Positions 1 through 8,643 of a DNA stretch of 37,771 nucleotides are shown here, piece by piece (position 1 is the stretch's first letter; each line of letters begins with the position of its first letter). The notes below the pieces were generated by a model. It made no database searches and was not told where the DNA came from. It was given only the letters and a program-made list of their open reading frames with translations. The position numbers were made by a program, and so were the translations under genes. This DNA comes from Clostridia bacterium (GTDB lineage Bacteria > Bacillota > Clostridia > DUPQ01), in the NCBI GenBank assembly GCA_046484775.1, contig JAWOIG010000149.1, positions 1 through 37,771 on the forward strand, written 5' to 3'.

Positions 1-427
1 TGACATGGGCATACCCATTGTCATTTAAATAATCTATATAATCATCCCTCTCGGCTCCGTTGACTTCCTCGCTTGTAACCCGTGCATCGAATCCCCAGAG
101 AGCCATGTTCCCGCCATCCTTGAAATTGAAGTGCATCTTGCCAATCCCGCAGGTCCTGTATCCATTTTCGGATAAAATTCCCATAATGCTCCTGAATCCC
201 CCGGGCATCATGCCGTTTTCCACACATCCCGTATTGTGGCAATACCGGCCTGTCAGTGTTGCAAACCTTGCGGGCACGCAAACAGGACTTGGCGTATAGG
301 CCCTTGTAAAAGCGATTCCCTCATCAACAAGCGAATCAATCGCCGGTGTCATGATCTTTCGGTTGCCCAGTCCATGAACCGTGTCATACCTCTATTGGTC
401 CGTCATTATGAACAGTATGTTTTTCAT
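1..427 (-). pseudogene. Formylglycine-dependent (S1) sulfatase, N-terminal part, running off the left edge; in-frame TAG at codon 12 (392-394), so a pseudogene or a readthrough candidate
   Basis: Manual translation from ATG 427 (GGGGG SD upstream): MKNILFIMTDQ*RYDTVHGLGNRKIMTPAIDSLVDEGIAFTRAYTPSPVCVPARFATLTGRY...GYRTCGIGKMHF. It has the CxPxR motif and the GYxTxxxGKxH signature, and the frame is otherwise open to base 1. Not in the ORF track. Confidence 0.85.
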
Positions 428-521
428 AAGATCAACCCCCGCTTTCATTGCTCCGGGCTTGCCGAATGACTTAAATTGAATTGTTTACCTTCATACTCAA
501 GTTATTCTGCAGTACCTGTTC

Positions 522-530
522 ATTATAACA
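522..530 (-). promoter_or_regulatory. Extended -10 promoter element (TGtTATAAT) upstream of the sulfatase
   Basis: Minus-strand TGTTATAAT about 95 nt upstream of ATG 427, just downstream of the pil-operon terminator; -35 is weak. Confidence 0.5.
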
Positions 531-546
531 TCATGAAGCGTAGATG

Positions 547-569
547 AAAAAACCCCGTCCCGGGTTTTT
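547..569 (-). terminator. Intrinsic terminator of the pilT operon
   Basis: AAAAACCC-cgtccc-GGGTTTTT hairpin about 50 nt after the stop at 617, with a U6 tract on the minus strand. Confidence 0.6.
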
Positions 570-616
570 ATCTGTGAAACAAAATATTTCAAGGCATCTC
601 ATGCATGGCAATGGAA

Positions 617-1339
617 TTAGTTTTCAGGTTCCGCAAAATCAAGGTTGCTTGAATAGTCAAATATATTCTGCCATTCCCTCCAGCCTGTTATTTCATATCT
701 GGCCGCATTCATATCAACCCGTTCTCCCGAAGGAGTTCCCCCCGCAATTACAATCTTATAGTCCGGTGCGATGATTTTCAGTCCCACTTCGAGGTGCTTT
801 GCAAATTCACCGTCGTCTTTGCTGACATCAAATTCAATCCATATTCCGGCAAAATTCTCGTTTTCTATGACCTGTCTTAAATATCCCCCATAGTAAACAA
901 CCTGGATTCCGGGAAGCATATCTTCCAAAGCTTCAACCGCTTCTTTGTAAAAGACAGCCTGGAAAACCCTTGAAAGATATTCACCCCTTGCCTGTTCGGG
1001 AAGGTGGAAAACAAAATCCGAATATATGGATTCCTTTATGTCGTCCGCAAGGAAACCATTTCTCAAATCCAAATAGCCTTTTTGCTCTATATAAAGGACA
1101 GCTGCTTCTTCCGCCGACAAAAGCACCTTGTCAATTTCATATATCATTTCCTCCGCCATGGCATCGATCTGATAGTATTCCCTGGTCCATCCGTATGCCT
1201 TTTCTCCCAGTCTGAGAACCGAAAGCGATGCAGTCAGGGCGGCAAGCCCGAATACAACCAGTACGATCATTACAAGCATAACCAATACGGAAGAGGCTCC
1301 TCTTTCATTAAAGCGGACCCGGACTCCTTTTCTTGTCAT
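617..1339 (-). CDS. PilX/GspK-like minor pilin (class III signal without E5)
   Basis: N-terminus RFNERG|ASSVLVMLVMIVLVVFGLAAL: basic leader, Gly cleavage site, hydrophobic helix, no Glu+5. Last gene of the operon; TAATG overlap with the upstream gene. Confidence 0.7.
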   Translation of the reverse strand: MTRKGVRVRFNERGASSVLVMLVMIVLVVFGLAALTASLSVLRLGEKAYGWTREYYQIDAMAEEMIYEIDKVLLSAEEAAVLYIEQKGYLDLRNGFLADDIKESIYSDFVFHLPEQARGEYLSRVFQAVFYKEAVEALEDMLPGIQVVYYGGYLRQVIENENFAGIWIEFDVSKDDGEFAKHLEVGLKIIAPDYKIVIAGGTPSGERVDMNAARYEITGWREWQNIFDYSSNLDFAEPEN

Positions 1340-1887
1340 TATGGTCCCTCCGCGAATACATAATTCTTCATCGTACCGTATTCGGCAAGAATCCCGCCAT
1401 TTTCAGTTCCGGTGTCAACATAGCCTACAGTTGACTTTATGCTGTATAAATTGGAAATATTAACATTTTGATTTGATCCGCTTTTTGTTATAAAGCCACT
1501 TGTAACAATGGCATTCCTTACAGGCGCAACCACGGTCTTCACAACAAAAACCGGTTCCTCCCCAGGTTGCGGACGATCCCAGTCGCCATTGAAGTATTGT
1601 CTTGCAATTATGGCATCCCCATCTTTTTCGATATCCAGGGTGGATATGTCAATGCTATCTTCGTCAATCGTACCGGGAAGCCTGCTTATCCTGAAAGCCT
1701 CCACGGCATTCGCCGCCTTGACCGATGCCATCTCCTTGTCATAGGCCTTGCTTCTGACTTCGCCGGACAAAATGAAAAGACGCATTATAAGTCCGCATAC
1801 AAGGCAGAGCACTCCTACGGAGATAATAATCTCGACCAATGTAAAGCCCTTGTCGCCATTCCTTCCTGTTATTGGCAAAGCTCCCAC
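1339..1887 (-). CDS. Prepilin-type N-terminal cleavage/methylation domain protein (minor pilin)
   Basis: DKG|FTLVEIIISVGVLCLV is a canonical class III signal. Start is GTG 1887 or TTG 1878. Confidence 0.85.
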   Translation of the reverse strand: MGALPITGRNGDKGFTLVEIIISVGVLCLVCGLIMRLFILSGEVRSKAYDKEMASVKAANAVEAFRISRLPGTIDEDSIDISTLDIEKDGDAIIARQYFNGDWDRPQPGEEPVFVVKTVVAPVRNAIVTSGFITKSGSNQNVNISNLYSIKSTVGYVDTGTENGGILAEYGTMKNYVFAEGP

Positions 1888-2385
1888 CTATCCGGTTTTT
1901 TTACCGATTATCCTTTCCATTGTTTTGATTTTGCCATCCTGGCTGTATACCGCCGTTATCCTGAAGAAATTACCATCTTCATAATAATCCATGATAAACC
2001 CATCTATCTCGACTATCCTTTCGGCATCTTCAATATCGGGGTCAATCCCGGCGGGAATATATATTTCCCAAAGGGCGCCCTCGGAATAAAATATATATGT
2101 ATACATGCCCTTTTCTATACCTGCATGTTCTATGACAAGCACCTCCGACTCACCGAGAAATTTCTTTTCGTAAGATATCATGCCTCCGAAATCGTTTTGG
2201 CGTATCCGCATATTGACATAGGACAAGGCAATCCGCGCGTTTGTAAGCCGGCTGTTGTTTTCAAGTATTCTTGAATATGCCTTTCTCCCCGCATCCATCA
2301 GAATCGCCGCGGAAAAACAAATGGCCAATATAAGCAATACGACCAAAAATGTCTCTGTTGCTTTATTAATCCTCGTCCTGGCCAA
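1888..2385 (-). CDS. DUF4860-like pilin-like membrane protein
   Basis: N-terminal TM helix followed by ARIALSYVNMRIRQND, which I recognise as typical of DUF4860. TTG start with AAGGTG SD; operon context. Confidence 0.7.
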   Translation of the reverse strand: MARTRINKATETFLVVLLILAICFSAAILMDAGRKAYSRILENNSRLTNARIALSYVNMRIRQNDFGGMISYEKKFLGESEVLVIEHAGIEKGMYTYIFYSEGALWEIYIPAGIDPDIEDAERIVEIDGFIMDYYEDGNFFRITAVYSQDGKIKTMERIIGKKTG

Positions 2386-2408
2386 AGAAGCACCTTCACC
2401 AGACGGGT

Positions 2409-2750
2409 TTATCTCCCGCCTGTCTTTCCTCTTCTGCTATAGACTTCAATGTCCGGCATGATATTTGCAGCAAAAGCATCGTAATAATAAACATATCGGC
2501 TGTCATCCAGGATCAGTCCATAGTTTTCGGCAAGGTAATCAAGGTCGGGCGGATAGCTGCCCTCGAGGGCATAACACTGAATGACATATTTCCTGATAGT
2601 GTCCTCTATTGCATCTGCCCTTATATATCCGCTCTCCCTGCCGAATGACGGCAATGACACAATGACCGCCGCAATGACTGCAAATACAATTGCAAGCGGG
2701 AAAATCCTTGAAATCGCCCTGATTCTGTTTTTTTTCTTTTTTTCAAACAT
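2409..2750 (-). CDS. Small conserved pseudopilin-like membrane protein
   Basis: Basic N-terminus, one TM helix, then IQCYALEGSYPPDLDYL resembling the GspG-type YxxxxGxYPxxL segment; no G|FxxxE cleavage site. Confidence 0.65.
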   Translation of the reverse strand: MFEKKKKNRIRAISRIFPLAIVFAVIAAVIVSLPSFGRESGYIRADAIEDTIRKYVIQCYALEGSYPPDLDYLAENYGLILDDSRYVYYYDAFAANIMPDIEVYSRRGKTGGR

Positions 2751-2757
2751 TATGCCA

Positions 2758-3810
2758 TCATCCTATTGAATTCATTATTCCGGTTACCGGTAAAATCACC
2801 GATATCAATATGAAGCCCACCAATAATGACAATATGATTATAAGAATCGGCTCAAGCGCGGTCGTCAGATTCAAGACCCTTTCTTCCGTTTCCTTTTCCA
2901 TGATATCCGCGGCCTTGTCCAGCGTCGCTTCCATATGGCCTGTTTCGTGGGCAATTGCAATAAGCTTGACAAGAAGCATCGGGAACAATCCAAGCCTGTC
3001 AATCACTTCATCCGGTCGGGTTCCTTCGCCCAGCTCCGAGGCTGCATTTTTCAATTTTTCCGAAATGCACTTGTTTTCGGTTATTGCCGCCAGCATTTCA
3101 ACCGCCAGGGTAAGGTTGATGCCGCTTTTAAGAAGCATTGCAAGATTCCTTGCGAATCTGGCCGCGGCATTTGCAATCGTAATCCTTCGAAAAAACGGAA
3201 TATGCAGCTTAAGGCAGTCAATCCTGCCTTTTCCATATTCCGTAATCTTAAAGACCCAGAAAATCAGACCTGCCGCCGCCGCCGCCAATGCCAGCCAAAG
3301 GATGTTTTTTGAAATGAATGATCCGAAGTTCATAAGTATCCGGGTCGCACCCGGCATATCCCCTCCCAGAGACAAAAGGATATCGTTGAACATAGGCAGC
3401 ACATAGACAAGGAGCAGTATTATTACGGCCAGCATAAGCACCGACAATATGAGCGGATATATTATCGCGGATTTGATTTTTCCCGAGGTTTCAATCTGTT
3501 TGTCAAGTGTATCTGCTATCCTTTTCAACATCATGGGCATATTTCCGCTTTTTTCCCCTATGTTGGCCATTTCGATGAAAAACCGGCCGAGTTCGCGAGA
3601 GTGTCCTTTTACACAATCATAAAATGATTCGCCTTTGTTGAGCCCGCCGATTATTTCAGCACTGATTTCCCTGATTTTATTATTTCCGCTTTTCTGACTG
3701 ATTATTGAAAGACCCCGCTGCATCGATATATCTGAATCGGATACAAGGGACAGCTGTCTGCTGAACAGGGCTATGTCCCCTGTGGGTATCGACTGCCTGA
3801 CATTTGCCAT
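2758..3810 (-). CDS. pilC: Type II secretion system F / PilC family platform protein
   Basis: Two T2SSF repeats (FSRQLS...IGEKSGNM...AIIYP; RFARNLAMLLKSGI...HETGHM...LEP) and three TM segments. ATG 3810 with AAAGGGTGG SD (350 aa). Confidence 0.9.
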   Translation of the reverse strand: MANVRQSIPTGDIALFSRQLSLVSDSDISMQRGLSIISQKSGNNKIREISAEIIGGLNKGESFYDCVKGHSRELGRFFIEMANIGEKSGNMPMMLKRIADTLDKQIETSGKIKSAIIYPLILSVLMLAVIILLLVYVLPMFNDILLSLGGDMPGATRILMNFGSFISKNILWLALAAAAAGLIFWVFKITEYGKGRIDCLKLHIPFFRRITIANAAARFARNLAMLLKSGINLTLAVEMLAAITENKCISEKLKNAASELGEGTRPDEVIDRLGLFPMLLVKLIAIAHETGHMEATLDKAADIMEKETEERVLNLTTALEPILIIILSLLVGFILISVILPVTGIMNSIG

Positions 3811-3832
3811 AAAAACCACCCTTTGCGTTAAT

Positions 3833-4909
3833 CTATTTCATTGACATGTATCTGTCGAATAACTGCATGTCCTGGGCCTTGAGCCGGGCGACCTTTTCAT
3901 CTATTACGCCGTCCCGGCAAAGCTGAGCAAGATTCCTTTCAAGCGATCTCATTCCTTCATCGTTGCCTGACTGAATCAGGTTGTTTATCTGATAGTATTT
4001 GCCTTCCCTTATGAGATTCCTTACGGCGGGAGTCGCAACCATTACCTCGGTTGCGACAACCAGTCCCATGTCGTCCTTTCTTGGAATCAGCTGCTGCGAA
4101 ACCACGCCTTCCAATACCGTTGCAAGCTGGCTTTTTATTTGGTTCTGCTGGTTTGTCGGAAACGAGTCTATTATCCTGTCTATAGACTTAACTGCACCAA
4201 TCGTGTGGAGGGTGGACAGTACCAGGTGACCCGTTTCGGCCGCGGACAATGCGATTGATATCGTTTCAATGTCCCTCATCTCTCCTACCATTATTACATC
4301 GGGGTCCTCTCTTAGAGATGATTTCAGGGCTTTTGCAAAATTATCCGCATCCTCGCCTATCTCCCGTTGTGTAACCATGCTTCTTTTATGTCTGTGAAGG
4401 TATTCAAGGGGGTCCTCTATTGTGATTATATGATATTGCTGCTGGCTGTTTATAATGTCCAGAACACTTGCAAGCGTAGTTGATTTCCCACTGCCGGTCG
4501 CTCCGGTTACAAGTATGAGTCCATTGGATTTCGTCGCAAGCGACCTTATGACTTCGGGAAGTCCCAGGCTGTCAAATGAAGGTATTTCAATCGGAAGCGC
4601 TCTGATGGCTATCGCATATGTGCCGCGCTGCCTGTACATGTTGCACCTGAATCTTCCAATCCCCGGCAGGGAATATGAAAAATCCACAACCTTATTATCG
4701 GCAAGCTGTCTTTTCTTGGCTTCATCCAGGTGTTCTCCGATAATTTGCATGATGTCGTCCGGCTCAAGTCTCTTTGTGCCTTCAACCGGAATCAGCCTTG
4801 AGTTTACCCTGATGAGAGGCTTGGTTCCGACACACAGATGAAGATCCGTAGCACCGCATTCCATTGTCTTTTTTAATAGTGAATTTATGCTCCCGGATTC
4901 AATGCTCAT
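3833..4909 (-). CDS. pilT: PilT/PilU family type IV pilus ATPase
   Basis: Walker A GATGSGKST, Asp box TIEDPLE, Walker B LREDPDVIMVGEMRD, His box TGHLVLSTLH and PilT-type AVRNLIRE motif; 358 aa, with no PilB N-terminal extension. Confidence 0.95.
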   Translation of the reverse strand: MSIESGSINSLLKKTMECGATDLHLCVGTKPLIRVNSRLIPVEGTKRLEPDDIMQIIGEHLDEAKKRQLADNKVVDFSYSLPGIGRFRCNMYRQRGTYAIAIRALPIEIPSFDSLGLPEVIRSLATKSNGLILVTGATGSGKSTTLASVLDIINSQQQYHIITIEDPLEYLHRHKRSMVTQREIGEDADNFAKALKSSLREDPDVIMVGEMRDIETISIALSAAETGHLVLSTLHTIGAVKSIDRIIDSFPTNQQNQIKSQLATVLEGVVSQQLIPRKDDMGLVVATEVMVATPAVRNLIREGKYYQINNLIQSGNDEGMRSLERNLAQLCRDGVIDEKVARLKAQDMQLFDRYMSMK

Positions 4910-4954
4910 AAAAACCCCCGGGATATTATATAATCGAACGAATATCCCCAGCCA

Positions 4955-4983
4955 ATTTTATCATAATAAGATTTTACTGTCTA
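4955..4983 (-). promoter_or_regulatory. SigA-type promoter of the pilT operon
   Basis: TAGACA (4978-4983), 17-nt spacer, TAAAAT (4955-4960) with extended TG, about 45 nt upstream of the pilT ATG. Confidence 0.6.
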
Positions 4984-5131
4984 TTGAGGCAATCCTGGTA
5001 TTCCGACTCCCGGATCTGCCCGCGATTCCGCAGCCATAGCCTTTGTTGCCAACATGAACAACTGCATAATATTCCGGTTCCGGCTTGACATATTATACCT
5101 TTGGCGGTGTTTCAACCATTGTTTTGCAAAA

Positions 5132-7288
5132 CTATTCGATTGCTCGGTGGGAAATGCTTCCGTCTTCGGACAAAATCTTGATCCTGTACCCGTTTGCATG
5201 GATAACCAGATTGAAATCCCCCAGTCTTTCCGTACCGCATGGGTTGACCGCATATCCCTCTTTCCATCCCGGTTCGACGGGCGAAATCCCCGCAATGTCC
5301 TCGACCAGAATAGGTATCGGCGAGCTTGCCCATGGATGGCACAGGCTTGTGTTCCATTTGTAGTCTTTATGCCAGACCTCGAAACAGGTCGTGGCGTCCT
5401 GCCTGAGCATGGTTCCCCATGAAAATACGTCGTCAGACAGAATGAGGTCAAAGGCAAGACCGGCGGCTTCATTTTGTATCAATCCCTTGAGAAGGAAATA
5501 TGCCATGTATACTCCGCAGTTCAATCTTTTCTTTTCAATCATTCCTATTATTTCAGGTATGCTTTCCCGTGGAGCTATCCCGCAGTACAGCGGCATTATG
5601 TTTGAATGAAGCGCGGTATGGCTGCTGTCAGGGGTGTCCCTGAACAATTTCCTCCCTCTGTCATAGAAAGCGTCAATATAAGCCTGCCTCAGCTCCGGCA
5701 GCCTGTCCTCATACCCGATGCCAAGAATCTCATATATCCTGTTCATGGACAAAACGCCCAAAATGTGGAATATATTGGCGATGTTATGGGTGCCATATGT
5801 TTTGCCTATTTCAAGATTGTAGTCATATCCGTCCGTAAAGTCATATGGATTCCTGGGCCAGTCCACGAGATGAAGTTCTTTTGTGATGTCAAAAAGAAGC
5901 CCGTCCTTTTCATATCCGCGGTAATAATCCATCATGCCCTTGCAGTAAGGAAGCATCTCCGCCAGGAAGTCCTTGTCACCGCTGTGCTTGTAGTAGATAA
6001 GAAGGTTAAGGGGAAACTGGAATGAATAATCAACGAGGGAATTTATATAGTGGTTCAGCGTCGTTGTCTGTATCGATTTTATGTAATATGATGAATCCGC
6101 AAAGCCCCTCAGGGCCCTCTTCATGACAGGCAGGTCGCCCGTAAGATAAAAATGGCTTTGTCCCGTTATCGTCATATCTCCCAGATAAAGTCCCTTTTCC
6201 CTTGTCGGACAATCAAGGTAGCCCTCCTGTGTTCCTGTCCTGACCCCGTTCTTGCATATTGTCCATATGCCGTTCATTCTTTCATTGGCGGATTCAAAGG
6301 CTGTGCTCTCATAATCAAATGGATAATTCCGCGCCTTTATCATGACATTCTCAATAACGACCCCGTCCGGAACAACAAGTTCGATATATCGAAAAGCCAT
6401 GTAATCGTAAAAAACGGGGTACTCGCCTTTTTCCCCCGACAGAATGAATGTCTGCCTGTAAAGACAGTTGCATCTCATGTTATATCTGGCCCTTCCGTTT
6501 TCATCAAGTTCCTCCGCGCACCTGACTTCAATTATATCGCCGCTTTTTCCCGCGGCTTCAAAATATACCGTTCCGGAATATTCGCAGCCCAGGTCATATA
6601 AAATTACATTTCCGTCGAACCCGGCCTCGCTTACCGGCCTGACATCGTAAAATTGAAGCCGCCTTGAAATCTGTTTTCTGAACACATGGTCATTGTTGGC
6701 CTTTACGGAGGATTTTTCCCAATGTGAATCATCAAATTCCGGAAGCTTCCATTCATATTCCCAGATCCGGGCATCGAAGTTTTCCAGATACTGTGTCCTG
6801 TATGCGATTACTTCGCCTCTTCCATAGGCGTTTGTAAGCCTGCAAGGAACATTTTCATCGGTAAAGGCCAGTATTTCTTCCCCGGCTTCAATTTCGGCTA
6901 TGAAACCTGTCCGGAAATCCCCTCCCGGGGAGACCCTGTTGAGTTCACCCTGATAGTACAGATGTCCGCACAATACATTTCTACCCGGAACCAGATAACC
7001 GGTAATATCTATTTCAATATACCCGAACGCAAAGTGGTATGCCGGCGCCGGACCCATATCGATTTGCTTTCCGTCTATATAAATCCTAGCAATGTCGTCC
7101 GCGGAATATCTGAGGATTGTTCTTTTCCCCATGCTATCGAATGCAAGCCTGAAAAGAGTGTGTCTGTTTCTGTATTCATCCGGATGCTCCGGATTTTCCT
7201 GGTTAAGTATACCTTTTTTTCTTATATCCAACGGATGACTGTCCGCGAACATCCCGTGGACAATCCATCTGGCTTTTTTAAACGGCAT
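5132..7288 (-). CDS. GH78 alpha-L-rhamnosidase family glycoside hydrolase
   Basis: SADD...YIDG N-terminal domain, YDLGCEYSG, catalytic DCPTREKGLYLGD, LVDWP, ATTCFEVW and SLCHPW motifs. ATG 7288 with AAGGGGGG SD; no signal peptide. Confidence 0.9.
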   Translation of the reverse strand: MPFKKARWIVHGMFADSHPLDIRKKGILNQENPEHPDEYRNRHTLFRLAFDSMGKRTILRYSADDIARIYIDGKQIDMGPAPAYHFAFGYIEIDITGYLVPGRNVLCGHLYYQGELNRVSPGGDFRTGFIAEIEAGEEILAFTDENVPCRLTNAYGRGEVIAYRTQYLENFDARIWEYEWKLPEFDDSHWEKSSVKANNDHVFRKQISRRLQFYDVRPVSEAGFDGNVILYDLGCEYSGTVYFEAAGKSGDIIEVRCAEELDENGRARYNMRCNCLYRQTFILSGEKGEYPVFYDYMAFRYIELVVPDGVVIENVMIKARNYPFDYESTAFESANERMNGIWTICKNGVRTGTQEGYLDCPTREKGLYLGDMTITGQSHFYLTGDLPVMKRALRGFADSSYYIKSIQTTTLNHYINSLVDYSFQFPLNLLIYYKHSGDKDFLAEMLPYCKGMMDYYRGYEKDGLLFDITKELHLVDWPRNPYDFTDGYDYNLEIGKTYGTHNIANIFHILGVLSMNRIYEILGIGYEDRLPELRQAYIDAFYDRGRKLFRDTPDSSHTALHSNIMPLYCGIAPRESIPEIIGMIEKKRLNCGVYMAYFLLKGLIQNEAAGLAFDLILSDDVFSWGTMLRQDATTCFEVWHKDYKWNTSLCHPWASSPIPILVEDIAGISPVEPGWKEGYAVNPCGTERLGDFNLVIHANGYRIKILSEDGSISHRAIE

Positions 7289-7420
7289 AACGCCCCCCTT
7301 ATTCAATATAGTGACATCATATCAGATTATCAGACACCTTCATATATCATATGGGTACAGGCCGCTATCGCCCTCATCCCTCATTCCTGCCGCGGAAACC
7401 ACCCCGACACTGCAATTTCC

Positions 7421-7431
7421 TGTGCTATAAT
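7421..7431 (+). promoter_or_regulatory. Extended -10 promoter (TGTGcTATAAT), probably giving a leaderless mRNA
   Basis: TATAAT at 7426-7431 lies 6 nt before ATG 7438; no SD sequence. Confidence 0.6.
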
Positions 7432-7437
7432 CAAGAT

Positions 7438-8643
7438 ATGATTTTGTGGGACGGATATAAAACCGAAACGGATCCGCTGACAGGCCGAAGAATAATCCAG
7501 CTGACTTATGGGAAAGCCTTTTGCTATCCCCTTTATTATTTCATTCCATCCGTCACAGCGGATGAAAAGTATCTTGTCTTCCATGGGATGCTCGGCGAAA
7601 GCCTTCAACTGTATTCCCTGGAACTTGCCACGGGCAAATCGACAAGAATAACCGACGCCTCACATCCGGATACCCGCTGGGTCCCTTGGTGCTCGCCTGC
7701 GCCCCCGGGAGTCCTCGACCACAGGAGCGCACTTGACGCAGTCAACCGGCGGGTCGTTTATTTCGACGGAAATCTGGTCAAGGTAACCCCGGTTGATAAA
7801 GCCGACTCCAGGGTGCTGTTTCATCTTGACGATGACCGGCTTGCCATAGGACAGAATTGCGTTACGCCGGACGGTAAATGGTTCGTATACATACATCACG
7901 ATAAAAAAACATATCATGAAATGACAAAGAACCCGGATTGGGCGGCTTATTATAAAGCAAGGACCTTGTCATTCGAAACCATCATATCCGCATATGGGCT
8001 GGACTCCGGGGAATCCAGGGAAATATTAAGGATAAACAGTCCTGTCCACCATGTTTTCCCATATGGGAACAGGCATTTCGTGGTAAACCATCCCGTCAAT
8101 GAGAACGGTATGCTTTTCATGCCTTTCGAGGGAGGATGGTACACTAATCTTAGAAGCAAGGATGCACGGGGACGTATGCCGTGCCACTGCGCAGCCACAT
8201 CGCGCGGGATAGCCTATGAAGCATACCTGGGGCATTCCGAGATAATTGCAGGACTACTGAATCCGTTCACACATGAAAGGAAGGAGTTCGCTCTGCCTTC
8301 ATCATTCGGATATGTTCATACCGGAAACGACCCCGAGGGAAGGCTGTTCTTTTATGAAAACATGAACTATGACGAAACCGGCACAATAAATCATGATATG
8401 CACTATGTCGAATCTTTCCAAGGCGGCAGGGCCTGTTTGAAACCCCTGTTGGCAAACCGGCCTTCTTATATTGAAAATTCACAGAAATCGCATTTTCACC
8501 CGAGGATGACGCCGGGAAGGAATTTCATCATTTTCACCGGGGGCTGTCCGGACACCCGTACAAACCATGTGTACTTGCTGGATGTGTCGGACATTGTAGA
8601 ATCGGAGGGGTTTTATTTCCCCGACACAGGGGGTATGGGATGA
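7438..8643 (+). CDS. Oligogalacturonate lyase (Ogl/PL22)-like beta-propeller protein
   Basis: DPLTGRRIIQLT N-terminus, LYYFIPSVTADEKYLVF, TPDGKWFVY and C-terminal HFHPRMTPGRNFIIFT (Ogl has an HPHPxFxPD-type motif). Start reassigned to ATG 7438 (401 aa). Confidence 0.65.
   Translation: MILWDGYKTETDPLTGRRIIQLTYGKAFCYPLYYFIPSVTADEKYLVFHGMLGESLQLYSLELATGKSTRITDASHPDTRWVPWCSPAPPGVLDHRSALDAVNRRVVYFDGNLVKVTPVDKADSRVLFHLDDDRLAIGQNCVTPDGKWFVYIHHDKKTYHEMTKNPDWAAYYKARTLSFETIISAYGLDSGESREILRINSPVHHVFPYGNRHFVVNHPVNENGMLFMPFEGGWYTNLRSKDARGRMPCHCAATSRGIAYEAYLGHSEIIAGLLNPFTHERKEFALPSSFGYVHTGNDPEGRLFFYENMNYDETGTINHDMHYVESFQGGRACLKPLLANRPSYIENSQKSHFHPRMTPGRNFIIFTGGCPDTRTNHVYLLDVSDIVESEGFYFPDTGGMG

Noticed and set aside
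4984-5131. Possible c-di-GMP riboswitch or 36-aa ORF upstream of the pil operon
   Set aside because: It lacks the GGCAAA/GAAA-tetraloop/GACGCAAA core and lies upstream of the predicted promoter; the ORF has no SD or recognisable features.
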